Source: Paramecium tetraurelia
Taxonomy: Eukaryota
Direction of reading: 5' to 3'
NCBI GenBank assembly: GCA_000165425.1
Contig: CT868681.1
Location: forward strand, 186,001-250,000
Length of the DNA: 64,000 nucleotides
In this document: positions 26,557 through 41,363 of the stretch, in pieces
How the letters are laid out: the number at the start of each line of letters is the position of its first letter
How positions within the stretch are numbered: position 1 is the first letter of the stretch
Notes under the pieces: generated by a model
What the model was told of the DNA's origin: nothing
The model's database searches: none
What the model saw: only the letters and a program-made list of their open reading frames with translations
Translations under genes and position numbers: made by a program

Positions 26557-29500
26557 TCATATATTATATTTAAGCTTAGGAATAGCATTACTTAAAGGGT
26601 GTTGAGGGGGGTCCAATATTTCTAAATCGGAAGATGAAGAATTATCTATAATTAAGATGGATTAGTACTTGAAGAATCAAAATTAGAAGTGTACTTGCTT
26701 ATTAAAACATCATCTTCTTCATCAATCCTATCAATTTCTTAAATTTTATTTTATAGTTTTATTTCTCTTTTTTAATCAAGTTCTCTTGAGGATTGCCTTT
26801 ATTATTGCTACTTTGCTTTTAATTCATGGTCAATTTTTTATAAGTTCTATTCAATTTGAATGTTTTATGGTTTGACAAATTAATTTTTATTTGAATGAAA
26901 TCTTTTTATTGCTAAAGCTTAATTAAATCCGTTTTATTTGACAACAGCAGGTCTGACAGTTAAAATTTTAAAAAGGGATAAGATTATAGATATTACGCAT
27001 TTTGCAAGGAGAAATGTCTTCCATAATAACATTATTGGCCAATTTGGATCAATCGAATTATACAGCTCAATCATTTTAGTATTTGAGGTGAAAATCAATA
27101 CAAAAATGAATAAAACTAATTCTATAAAAATCATCCTATAAGTTTCGATAATAATTTCGTAATTTACTTTTATAGTTTTTGTAAATTGATATCCTTGAAC
27201 TGGACACAAAGTTACTAAAAGATCGCTTGAGATAAAATAATTTTAATAGTAAAGAGTCCTTTACAATAATGATAAATATTTAGCTTAATCATCACTTGGA
27301 GTAGCAAATATAAATTTTATTAAATTTATTAAGGTTATGATGAGGGAATCAGCAAATCTTACAAAGATAACAATGCTAAATGTAATCTTATAATTTGAAA
27401 TGTCTAAATCTAAATTATCATCACTTATATTCATTACGGAAGCAAAAAATATTCTCTCAAGCAATGTACTTGATTTACTGGCTATAGAGTAAATCATTAA
27501 AAATATTTCTCGTTTGTGTGGAAATCTAGTATGAAGATGGTCCAGCATTTTAGGATGTATAATTTACAATGCAGGCTATATTTTTCTTCTTAAAGCTACT
27601 GTTAGGATTAATTCCAATATTTCAATAATAAAAATTACAATTACTATCGAACAAGCATAAATAAAATCCATGAAAAAAACTGATATTGTTTATTAATTGT
27701 CCTTAGGATGTCCTGTTAAGGCATCCTTATTACCGTTATAAACAAATAATTTAAAAAATTAAGAAATATTTACTAAGACATATCCAATCCAAAATAGAAC
27801 AACCAAAATCTTTATATATATGTTGTTTCTTCTAAATTTACCAATAAAAAGAGTACTAACTATAAAAATTTATGGCTCGATCAAGTCTAAGTAAGTCATT
27901 AATTTATTTATCTTATGTATAAGCCAAGATCCAAACAGGCCCCCAAATATTTTCTCTATTTATTTCTAAGAGCTCTCTTATTACGCTAGTGGTTTTGCTT
28001 TTCTCATAGCCTGCCCTAATAGAAAATTCCTAAATCTCAAAGTTAAATAACGCAAAAGTCCGTCATCAAATACTTTTCTGGTTTCTTGAGAATCAGATAT
28101 ATGTAGAGCCCTTAACTAATGCTTTTCATAACTGTAATCGAATAGATGGAAAAATAGATAGACTTTTCCATACATTGTTATACATGGATTATCTGAAACA
28201 TCAATAAATTCAATGAACCCCAAAAGTGGATAGTATTTTCCAAATGATTCACAAAATTTATCAGTAAGATTGGATTTTGATAATTGAATTTCTTTTAGAA
28301 AAGAGGGCAACGTTGTTTAATCTAGACGATACTTTTAACAAATTCTAGTGTATTATTCTAAAATTAGATCTGCATCCTCATCATCTAAATCCTACCATAT
28401 ATTATCAATAAATAGATCCTTTTAGTAATAAAGAATTTATGCTAATATTTTTAAACCTTCTTTCTAAAATTTATTGTCTCTTAATAACAAAAACTAAATC
28501 GAGCATTTATGAAATTTTAATTCATCAAGTTTCTTAGCAAATTGATCACCAACCTTATTATCACTAATATTGATTGTTTTGATTGTTTATGACTCAAAAA
28601 TACCCTCAAGAATTTAGATCATGCCCTTACAGGTAAAGAAGTTTTACTACAAATATAATTCCTTCAATATGGTTGATTAAGCTATTGTTTATTTCAATAA
28701 CTCTCCAAAAGAATCGTCTAACTAATTGTTGCTTAAAGACAAACTCATGATTTGCGAAAATAAGAATTATTCCTTATAAATTTGATGTTCTATTATTAGA
28801 TTCTCAAAAAAACTTATTTTCAATTTACAATTCGATAAATTGAGTTGTTTTATTACTATAGGTTGTTTTTTTTTATTTATTAATGCTTGAGGAGTAAAAA
28901 ATTATATTAATTCCTTTTCATCCAAAGGATTGTCAGATAAGTTAAGTTCTTCAAATTGTTTGCCTTTATACTCTGAAACAGCTACAAATTTATTGTTACA
29001 TAGGTTATTTATGATGTTATTATTAGCTATAGACACAATTCTTATTGTAGAACTCATTGAAAGAGCTTCCCAAAAGGGCTCTAAGTTAAAACTTCCGAGA
29101 TTGCATTTATTCAAAAATAAATTTTAGACTGTTTTGTTTCCTTAAATTCCAATACTTAATTCATTTAGCCATTCTTGTTTTAGAACATTATCACTAATAT
29201 CCAACGTAGTTAACTTGAATAAACAAATACATTACACTACAAGTCTCTGGATTTAACAGCCAATTTTTGGCATGAACAAAGGATTCATCAGTAAAAGTGA
29301 CTTAATTATATTTTAATATTTTCAAATTTTTAAAATAGTTTAACAATGCTGAAGCCTTATTTAAATCAACATACATTAATGGATTAAATTACATAGAAAA
29401 CATTTATAATTGCTTGCATTTTAATAACTGCATTCCAAATTTTTCATAACCACTTTGACTGAAACTACAATGATTGAAAGTAACTCCTAAAATATTCCTT

Positions 29501-31869
29501 TTTTATTTTTTGACTATTTTTTAAAGATTCTTTTAATTGGATTAGTCTAAATGTATGTCGGATAATTATAAAAGCTCCATTTTCTCGGTCTAACATAAGT
29601 TGAAAAACGTTTTCAATTTCTTCATTTAGGGGTTATCAGATAAATTGAGATATTAAAGATTTTCAATACAAATTATCTACCCTAAAATTAGAAAATCATC
29701 AGCACTCATTTATTGATGTGAAAGACTGAAATATATTAAATAAAAATTTATACTTTAAACTTTTTAAGCACTTATTCTCAGACATAATTCTAGAAATTGC
29801 TATTAATCCTGTAAAGTTGATGTTATTATGAGATAGGTTTAAGAACGATAGATTCCTATAAGATGATATTATTATTTCTATATAACTGGTATGGGTAGAC
29901 TAAAGCCCATTATAACTCAAATCTATACTCTCAAGTTTGAAGTTTGTGATTATTTCATCATATTTGAATTAATTAGCTATTTTAAATAGTTGGTTTTAGC
30001 TTAGATCTAATTTTTTCAGACTGCTATTTAGAACGCAATCCCTTAATTTCTTAAGAATTTATAAATTTAAGCTCCCTATATTTAAATCCCTTAAATTTAA
30101 ATCATGTACAACAGTAGATTTTTTTAGGAATACACACAACAAATCTAAATCCTATTCTGTTACAGGCTTACAAGATGATAGATCTAAGATTTCTATTTTA
30201 TTAAAGTATGTTGCTAAAGAGCTAATAACAGGAGTAAAAATGTTCGCATTTTTTGAAAAATCTAGTTCTCTTAGGTTAAATGATATCAATTAAAATTAAT
30301 TTTAAGCAGATTTAACTGTCTTCTCCTCTTCAAGTAATGATGAAAAATTTTGATTAATGTCCCATAATTCATTTTACTATTTTTATTAAAATTAGCATCG
30401 AAAGCAGCGAAGACATCCACTTTTAATGAATTTTAACAGAAAAAATATCAAAGCATATCTTATTTTATTATAAGATACATCCAAATGTTCAAATTAAACT
30501 TATTCATGATTAATCATATATGTGATTATGGCTTCACCATCCAAATTATTGTTAGCTACAATAAATTTCTTTAGCATTTTATTATCCCTAAGTCCAAATA
30601 TAAGAGAGTTGAATCCTTCACTCTTTATTTGATTGTTTGAAAGATTGAGTTCTATCCAAAGAGGGTTCTACCTTAAAATACTTGACAATTAAAATGCTCC
30701 ATTACTTGTGATATTGTTATTTGTTAAATTGATAACCAGAGTGTTCAAGAAAAACTATTAAGGGAAACAGGAAATTAAGTTAGAACTTAAATTTACTTCA
30801 TACATTTTCCTTGATAATAAGTTTTAGCAATTAAATTCCTCTATTTGATTTTGTGATAAATCTAACTTTTATAGGTTATTAATTTTTCTTAGAAATGTTT
30901 CTAAATGCTGAACTCCTGATTGATTGATAAAGTTTCTTCTTATGTTAAGTTCTTTCAAGTTGATCTTCCTCATATTCCAACTTACTCTTTAAGCCAAGAC
31001 TTCGACCCCTTGATTTTTTATATTAGTATCTCCAATATTTAAATACTCGAGGACCTTTTTTCCTTTAAAATGCTGCAGTGCCATCCCCAAACTTGTTAAT
31101 ACATCAGTAGTGAATTGCATCATTGAAATATCAATAGCATTTATCGATCGAGAGTATCTAACATATATAACTTAAACATACTTAAGGTTTCTCAACAGAT
31201 AACTCATAGCAGTACTTGAGATATTGCAATGAGTTAATTTTAGTTTTTTTAAATTGTTTTTCCCTTTAAAAACAAATTAGTTTATATCATTCATTAGATC
31301 AATATTAAAGCCTTGGTTATTAAACAAATTGATTGACTATAAAGTTTGGTGATTGGATATTGATGAAAATATATATTGTAAGCTAAAACTATTTAATTTA
31401 CATCCAGAAAGGTTGATTTCGTATAAAGAAGAATTTTTTTACAGTCCTTAGCCCAATTCTATCGCTAAAAGGGGATCGATTTCCATTCCTGATAGGTCAA
31501 GTGATCTAGACAATTAAAAATTAGCCTAACCTCAAACTTCTTGCATTTTAAATTGCAGAACTTAGAAAAGAGAAACATTACTGAATTGAAACTGGGGTTT
31601 CACCTGAAAATCCTTCCAAGGTTTTTCGCTTTTTCAAACTAATTATACTCTCTCTCAAATTACTAAATGATCAAAAAAATTTACACATTTTGTTATTGAT
31701 GGATTAAAATTTTCATATAATTTACAAATCTACTCTTTTGAATATTCTTCTCATTTTTATCATCTTCTTTCTCCTATCCATCCTGAGGATGCATATCTTA
31801 ATGAAATATTGTTTTCTTTTGTGGAGCATTCTTTTATTTTGGGCTCTTGGATCCTTGTTAAAATTGCAT
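26557..31869 (-). CDS. Very large leucine-rich repeat protein (RI-like LRRs) with C-terminal multi-pass TM region
   Basis: Dozens of LxxLxLxxNxI units (LRSLDLSG, LYEINLSGC, FEELNLSDNPL, IEFIDVSDNPC), several hydrophobic segments at ~26950-27900, then coiled and Ser/acidic tail; apparent +1 indel near 31560-31640. Confidence 0.8.
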
Positions 31870-31935
31870 TTAAGAAATTTAATATTTATCATATATTATT
31901 GTCGAAACTGTTTAATCGCCCTTAGATTTTAATAA

Positions 31936-33681
31936 ATGTCAAAGCAATTACATTTAATGAAATTATTTTTTTATTGAAAGGAGGTGCAATTATTAATAGA
32001 ATCAAATACATATTATTAATTATATAAAAGGTTCAAGGATCTAAAATTTAAATCTATTTAATTTCACAAGCATAAATCTTTACTTCTATTGGTTAACTAA
32101 ATCATCTAACTTCTAGTGGATTATTTTATTATCTAAATATTAATATATAATAAATAATTTGAGAGATTTTAAGAAATATATGTTCACCTTTAGTTAGCAA
32201 TTACTAAATTTATTTGAAGGTTAAGGAATAAATAGCGAAATCTAGTAATATTTTCCTCAAGGAGAATGGGTGACTAGTCCTTATTTTAAAAATTAAACTT
32301 ATGAACAATTTTATAGAAATTTGACGGCTTTCTTTTTATTAATAGAAAAATAAAAAAACCTTCCAATCTCCAATTAACAAAACTATGTTTCTTTATCAAT
32401 GTTATTTAATGATCAATTTAATCAAAAAGAGTTTAAATTACAAAATGTAGCCATTTAAATGTAATCAGCAGCACATTGGCTTCAACTCTATATGAGAGTA
32501 AATTTAGTTCCTTCCAATATTGTGTTCTAATATGGTAATAAAGATCACTAAAAGGTTAAAATAATGATGCTGACACTATAATCAGAACCAAGGCAATCAT
32601 ATATTTTTGGACTCTAAAAACAAATAATGCAATGCAAAAGTTGTTCGTAGTTAAAACACATACAAAATTAAAAAAAACCAGAATTGAAATTCAATATTTA
32701 ACAATAACCAACTGTTTATCTTGATAATAAGTAAAATCTAGTGCAAAAAGGATTGTAAGTGTAGAAATAATAACTGAAGATTTAATAATTTGGTAATCAT
32801 TAACCCATCCATGCTTAATAGGTATTGTTACCAAACCCTTAATCACAGCCTCAGGAAAATAATCAAGACCAACCCTTTCAAGCCAACCAAGGAACTGAAG
32901 GAATCTAAGTTCGAACAACATAGTAGATTTCTGAGATTTCAGCTATGAAATTAGCTCGACCAATCAAAACAAAATTAAAATTATCTATCTCTAAAGTTAA
33001 ACAAAATGTAGAAATTTTGTGTGATGCCTGTAATGAAAGATACCAAGAAAGTCCAGATTAATAGATTTGTTTGCCTTGTTGCCGAAGAATTGTTCATAAA
33101 AGTTGCATGTTATAAGAACTTGAAACAAATTAAGAGATCTTATCCAATATGAAATGTAGGTTTTGTCAAAAAATTTTTGAAATAACTTTCTTGAAATAAA
33201 ATATTCGTTCGAATATTTTTAAAGAAAAGTAAAAAGAATTAGTATACTATGTTGAATGCTGCTCTTGCTCAGGGACAATAGTTGTCTTCCCTTAATAAAG
33301 AAAGTAGCCTATTCGATTGGAATGTAAAATATGCAACACATATATTTGCTCAAAGTGCTTATTAGGTTTTCATGGATCTGATTAACTTGTAATATTTTTT
33401 GATATCAAAAGTGTTAAGAGAATAAAAATAAATTTTAAAGATAGAAGACTGAATGTCTTATTACTAGCGATGGAATAGATAGCATAACTTGTGATTAAAG
33501 TAAAATAGATCCTTTGTCTGTAGACAGAAGCTCAATTCTATAAGTTGGTAATGCTCCAAACGGATAAGGTACAATAATTCAAGAGAGAGTAAAAATTTTT
33601 GAATTTTGTTAGTAGACCACAGATAATTAGAGTTCTATTCCAAATGAACTTGAGACTAATAAAAAGAAAAAAGGGTTTTGA
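31936..33681 (+). CDS. RING/IBR-like zinc-finger protein (putative E3 ligase)
   Basis: CDACNE...CLPCCRRIVHKSC...CRFC followed by CCSC...CKICNTYICSKCLLGFH; start uncertain (31936 if the T7 run at 31966-31972 has an extra base, otherwise 32180). Confidence 0.7.
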
Positions 33682-33789
33682 ATTAGAACCATTATCATAT
33701 TTAATTTCAACTATAAACATAAATTGCCATATTAATTTACTTATTAATAAATTATACATTTCATCTTTCAATAGTAAATGAACAACTCT

Positions 33790-34800
33790 TGAATTTTGAC
33801 ATTATAAATATTTAGATGAAAGACTTTCTTCTTTTTATTTTTCCAATTATTTCTGCGAGAAATTTCGCATAATTAAATTAGATTTTCAGCAATAATATCG
33901 TAATTAAACATTTTTATCTTCAACACCTCCATTTAAGAAATCTTCTTACTATTTGTTTCTCACCCCTTCAATGGAATATAAGATTTCTTAGAGTTACTCT
34001 TTGTTTTAATTAATCTACACATCAATAATATTAAACAATAACTACTTTATAAATACATCTTTATTATAGAATCCGCTCTATTTATCATTTTAACTGTTTG
34101 ATAATTTGCCCTGAATCAAAATTCATAGTAGATGTAAACGACTATCAATGACAAAATGGCGCAAAACAACAATCTTAAAAATAAAGCTATGCAATATCCA
34201 AAGAGTAGTGCTGTAACACATTCTATTTCATACAGTTTACTGAGCACATTTTCATCTTTTATATATAATGATGTGAATAACACCGCTAATAGTACTAATT
34301 TAACAATCCTTAAGTTTTGAAGAACTTGTTAGGTTTATGTATGCGATATATCCCTAAAGTGTATAATTATTACTATTAATGAAATTAATAATCCTACTTG
34401 AATAAATAATAATATTATTTAATTCTACAAACTAGTGGAGAAGAGCAGATGTTTTAGAAAGATTTCTGTTGTATTCGAAATTTCCTAAGCATACCCAATT
34501 TCTACTCTTAGCATTTTACTATACAATTAAATGTATTAAATCAAATAATGATATTTCTAATATTGGTGTATTGATTTTCCACTCCTTTAATAATATACAT
34601 ACTAGGGTATAAACTTCTTAAAAAATTCCTCATTTTTTCTTCTTATTATAGCTCTTTTAATTTTCCATATAAATTCTTAATAATTATATTATTATTAATC
34701 TTAACTCCTCATTTTCCTCATTCTCAATTTAAATTCCCTTGAATTCGGTTATCAATCTTAAAATTTATCTTAATTATCCTCCTTAAAATGATTCATATAT
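33790..34800 (-). pseudogene. Degenerate or frameshifted membrane-protein-like gene
   Basis: Coding-like hydrophobic stretches (IVKLVLLAVLFTSLY, ALLFGYCIALFLRLLFCAILSLIVVYIYY) but TGA stops in all frames. Confidence 0.3.
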
Positions 34801-35102
34801 TTTTGAATAAAGGAGTTTTTAAATTGATTTGATAATTTTCTAATGAAAATAGAGAGTCTTGATGTTAATTTATAAAGAACTCTTCAAATTAATTTACTGT
34901 TTATTGGAAATACTAGAAATATTCAAGTAGATGTTGAAATAAACACTGTAGCTTAGGAACTCTTTACTCATCAAAATGGCACTGAATTTTTACTCATTCT
35001 AATGCAATCTTAAAATTAAATATAGTAGAATGGACTTTAGTTTTAATACTCATTAGATATTTAAAATTATTAAATGAATATAGTTATATTTAAATTTAAT
35101 AG

Positions 35103-35957
35103 ATGTCGACAATTTAGGAGCTCATTACTACATTATTTAATTTAGTATTAATTCTATAAATCTTGTCAGATTGTTAGTGATGATGAAGTTTAGCATAGAA
35201 ATCGATTCCTTAAAACAAATAATCCAATTGAATAATTGAGGATTATAATTGAAATTGTAATACAGCAACAGCACCAGAAATAGCAATAAGATTACAAAGC
35301 TCTGGAAAAACAACTCCAAAAATTTGAATTTGAGGTTCGAAATCATATTAGAGTATTGAATTAACCTTATAAACAAAGGATGAATATTTAATGCAGTAGA
35401 ATTAGGAAGATTTGATATCTCGACTGGAGGAAATGGAGAAAGAAAAGAATGACTTATTCAGCAACACCAAATAAACAATTATTGTAAATGTTATAATATT
35501 TATTATAAGAAATTAAAAAGGGAAAACGAAGAGTTGTATTAAAAAGTGAGATTATTATCTGTAGAAAACCAATAACAAAAAAGTCTGAATGAAAAACTGA
35601 CGACCTATTAGGAAAGACACAAGATGACCGATCATCTGACTCAAGAATCTACCAAGATTAGTTAGAGTAAATATTCAACCTTGGAAAACCATAATTAAAA
35701 GATCATCAAATTAAAAACACATCCAACCCCTAAAAAATTGCACACTGAAACTTCAGTAGACATTTCCCTTATAGCTGCAGTGAATCAAAAAAGATTAAGT
35801 CAATAATTGATCAAACCAAATTATTTTCAAAAAAAGGGATCAATTACAAACAATTAATTTATCAAGAAAAAAAGACAATCCTGTTCATTCGCAAATCAAT
35901 CATTGTATATTATTTTTATATTACAACCATAGAAATTTTTTAACGACAAGCATGTGA
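35103..35957 (+). CDS. Coiled-coil hypothetical protein
   Basis: MSTIQELITTLFNL...YKALEKQLQKFEFEVRNHIR...; four tiny GT-AG introns restore one frame to TGA at 35955-35957. Confidence 0.75.
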
Positions 35958-36212
35958 TTACAAATCAATATTTTTTATATGTGAAAGAACATTTCTATTA
36001 TATGAAATCTTATTCTAATCATCATTCTATTCTATTTCCAAATTTATAATGAGAGAGTGCCTACAATTAGAATATTTAACTTTTATCTCAATTCTAATTT
36101 AAATTTAATATAATCCAATCTATAACCTAGATTTTCATCAAGAAAACTGAAAGAAATGGTGTAAATTTTGATATTTTGAAACGTGAATATAATTCAATCA
36201 ATATCGAATGAT

Positions 36213-37421
<1,209 letters not shown>

Positions 37422-37622
37422 AAAATATTATCGTTACAATCCCAAATTAAATGTTTGATTAAATAATATAATTATAATTTTCAATATTGATCATTTCCGT
37501 AATGAAATTGATGATGTGAATCAAGGGAAAGGGTGTGTGATAGTAAATAGAAGCACTATTATAAAAGGGGGAAATACGTTTAAATTATATAAACCTATTA
37601 TTTATATAAAATTATATTAAAT

Positions 37623-38489
37623 ATGGCTAACGTTGCTTTTTTGGACCCTATGAAGAATGAACCAAATCTTCAAACGGCTCAAGATGTCGATGATTATATA
37701 AATACACTGACTCAACACTAAAATGCTTGTGAGAAGCAAGGGAAATACATGGAGGCAGAAGATGCACGGAAAAGAATTATTGAGTTGAGGAAGCAACTTA
37801 TAACGAAAAAAAAGAAGGAATTGATAAACAATTGGTTGAATCAAAAAGATTAGGCTGAGAAGGCTCATTTGGAAGAATACAATTAATTCAATCAATTTTG
37901 GGATAACAAAATGGTGAATTTCAATGAGGAGGCTAAGTAAGTGGAGATTGAATTGCAAAATCGCCAGCAAAATGAATATAAGCAATTGCAAGAAGAACTG
38001 GAACGAACTACTCCTTATAAACCCAAAGAATCTTCGGAAGTCTTGAATCTTAAGAAAATTGAGGAACATCTGGCTAAACAAAAGAAGTATGTATTGGTTA
38101 CTATCTGTAGTTATGTAGATGCACATGCCATACAAAACAAACGTGCTTAGCTTGAAGAAGAGGAAGTTAAGTTATATTCGACATAGAGAAGTTTGAAGAT
38201 CAAATCATAATTGTAACAATTCGAATAGAGACATTTGAATGAGTTGAATGCATTACAATAGAGAATCAAGGCTGGCCAAGATGAGTTAAGGAAGAACAGG
38301 AGTATTGATTTGGAGAGGTAATTGGATATGATTATACTATAAAGGTTGTTATAAAAGTATCAAAACATGAAGAAGGATTTAGAGTAGAGAGAATAGATGG
38401 ACATATTAGCATTTGATGGATAATTCAAAACCAAAGGGTGTAGTAGTTAGAGTACATATAAGAGTGTGATGATGATGGCTAAAAAATGA
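37623..38489 (+). CDS. Coiled-coil protein of unknown function
   Basis: HQNACEKQGKYMEAEDARKRIIEL, KPKESSEVLNLKKIEEHLAKQKKY; two tiny introns; TGA at 38487-38489. Confidence 0.8.
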
Positions 38490-38526
38490 TGATTATCCAA
38501 TTCCCTTTATATTTAATACTGTAAAT

Positions 38527-39804
38527 TCATTTTGTCACTTGATATGATCTAATCTCTTATAACAAAGCTCTTGCTTCAGGGTCCTTGGCGAAATGGTCTC
38601 TAACAGGCTGGATTAACTCATTGAGAACTTGGGTGACTGCTGGTTTCAAATCCCCTGGGTGAAGTGCTCCTGAGACAAAATCAGCCTCCAATTCAGCATA
38701 GGTTGTGTATTCCTTGTCTCCACCATTTTCAGGCTTTCTTAAAATTTAGAGTTTATTTCTCCATCCAAAAATGATTTCCTTGGTGTAATCCAACACAGGA
38801 TTATCCTTAGTAATTTAAGGTGGACAATAAGCACACTTTATTTTTCTCTTAACGTCTTCTGCTGAATCTTCCATAAAGATGGCTGAATTTAAGTCAGATT
38901 TAGACATCTTGGCTTGACCTTCAAGCAAACCCATCATCATATGATGAGACATAATAATTGGTTTATAAGCATCTGTTGATTTATCAGCATATTCTCTTGC
39001 CAACATATTGACTTTTCTAAAAAGAATTTAATAGAATAATTACCTTTAATCCATACCCAATTGACAAATGTCAGCCTCCAAGAAGAAGATGTCATTGCAT
39101 TGCATACATGGATAAAATAATTAAGCAACTGCCATCTTGTCATCTTACTCGTCGTCATTTCTACCCATAATCTATCCGCATCTCTTAATTCTTGAAACAT
39201 TAAATTTACGAGCTAAATCCAATACTCTTAACCAATAATCATTTGGTCTCTTGTTGATTTCATCTGAAGCCCAAAGGAATTTCCTATATTGTTATTACTC
39301 TTTTATACACGTTATGCATTTTCATTCCTGCAGCCTTCCAAACTTCAATGAAGTAGCGACCAACATTCTTTATTTTATTCAGATCTCCTCCCATCTTGTT
39401 ATTAAGCAAGGCGAACCAATCAGCAACCCAAAAGATGAATATGCATCCTGCATCAACCAATCTATTCACATTTAGTGCTCTAAGTAATCCTTGTGCAATG
39501 TGCATTCTTCCACTTGGTTCAAATCCATCATAGCAGATTGGAAATGTTTTATTCTTCAATAGATTTATTAATTCATCCTTGTGGATCAATTCTTCTCCAA
39601 TGGGCTCTAATAATTTGATTTTCTCCTCCAATGATAATCTTATAATAATAATCAATTATACCTACTGGGTCTAGGATTGAATTAAACATTCACATCCTTG
39701 ATTTCAACATATTTCACCTTAGTCTTCTCCTTTTATTCCTTCTCCTTCTATCCTTGTACTTCCCAAATCAAACCTCCAGTAAGTGGATCGACTGTAGCAA
39801 ACAT
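38527..39804 (-). CDS. Cytosolic tyrosyl-tRNA synthetase (archaeal/plant-type)
   Basis: CYDGFEPSGRMHIAQG (HIGH-like), WVADWFALLNNKMGGDL, FYPCMQCND, KMSKS, KIKCAYCPP, LHPGDLK. Confidence 0.96.
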
Positions 39805-39978
39805 TAATAAAAATATTAACTAAACTAAATCATTTAAATATGGTTTATGAAAGAATTTATTTAATTCTCTAAATTATTCTTAATATTATAAGATCGACGG
39901 CTTATCTCCAAGGATATGATTAATTAAATCTTATGATTTAAGATAATTTAATATTTAAATTTATATCTATCATAACAA

Positions 39979-41191
39979 TCAAGCACATCCTGGACATACC
40001 TTAAATTTAGAATGGATTAGAATATCACAATCTCTAAAATACGATAAATGTATTACAAACAGAAAAAGTTCTTGCATCTCTCACAAGTAGAATGGATAAC
40101 AGTAGTGGGTTCCAAACACCCACTACATACATGATCTAACCCATCATTCGTTATCTCAAATACTCCCAAAGTATTGTAACCGTCACTTCTGAGAATCTAG
40201 TGTGGTAGTACTATCCAAGTCGAACAGATCGGACATAAAAGAGGAGGAGAACAAACTTTACTATAACATACCGGACATTTATAAAAATTGTATCTATCAT
40301 TATAATCAACAAATAAATACACTATTTCTAAATGACATTAGCATAAAGTCGGTTGACTAACTATTAATTTCTATGGGAATCCAATCTTTACCAACTAAGT
40401 AATCATCTTATGGTTCTTTGATTCCTATGGTGAAACAAATTTCTTATATATTACTCAAATTCTCACCTAAATTTCTTAGCTAAACTGAAATTCATTTAAG
40501 GGACATAGGTATTAACCATCAGTTGCTTATGTTATTTTAATTAATTGATTGATAGATCCTGTAAAGGAGATCACATTTATTTGAATAGCTGCAGATTGGC
40601 ATCTCTCACTCCATTCATTTAAGTCAAGCTTATCGTCTGAATATGTCGAGGTAGTTACAACCAGGATACTTGATTAGGCATGCAATTATGTAGTAGAAAA
40701 AACGTGTAAGGCTGTCTAAATTGTAGTCACTTAGTTATGATACTTATAAACAGGCTGCCATCGAAAATCCTGCTTCATTTATTGAATGGATTGTTGACAA
40801 ATATTATTTTATGTTCACCCAAGAGGATGTAAAATCCAAAATGGTTTTGCATCTATATTCTTCTGCAACTGCTATGCCTATCTAAGATAGGGGATTGCAC
40901 TCCAGAAATTACTCAATGAATGCCTAATAGTGAGTATGGGGTTTGTACAGGCAAAAATTGTAAAGCCACTGCCAAACGACTTGGTTTGAAATCACTTATT
41001 TTAGATGATCTGGTTATGTCTATTATGATCAAGAGATTTCTCATTATGAGTGGATTTTGAGCAATTAAAAATTAAGCATCTGATTCCTTTTTCTAATGCA
41101 ATTTATCTTGATGGTAATTGTGACAATTGTCTTAATGATTTCTGATTTTCTCCTCGTACTCATTGAATTTAGTGTTGCCTTCCAATTCCAT
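39979..41191 (-). CDS. SSL1: TFIIH p44 subunit (Ssl1/GTF2H2): vWA domain plus Zn fingers
   Basis: MRNLLIIIDITRSSKISDFKPSRL, NPLSQIGI, LVKIGFP, YKCPVCYSKVCSPPLLCPIC, FCLDCDILIH...CPGC. Confidence 0.92.
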
Positions 41192-41259
41192 CTATAATTT
41201 AAGAAATTTATTATTGGCTACATATATTTATTAAAAGTAGAGATAAAAGTCTCAGCACA

Positions 41260-41333
41260 GGTCTCGTAGCTCAGTTGGTTAGAGCGTCAGTCTAATAAGC
41301 TGACGGTCGAGGGTTCGATCCCCTCCGAGACCA
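41260..41333 (+). tRNA. tRNA-Ile (anticodon AAT)
   Basis: Cloverleaf: acceptor GGTCTCG/CGAGACC+A, D arm TAGCTCAGTTGGTTAGAGC, anticodon stem TCAGT/GCTGA with loop CTAATAA, T arm GAGGG-TTCGATC-CCCTC. Confidence 0.97.
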
Positions 41334-41340
41334 TTTTTTT
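41334..41340 (+). terminator. RNA polymerase III oligo-T terminator
   Basis: T7 run immediately after the tRNA discriminator base. Confidence 0.8.
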
Positions 41341-41363
41341 AATTTTAAATTAATTTATATATC

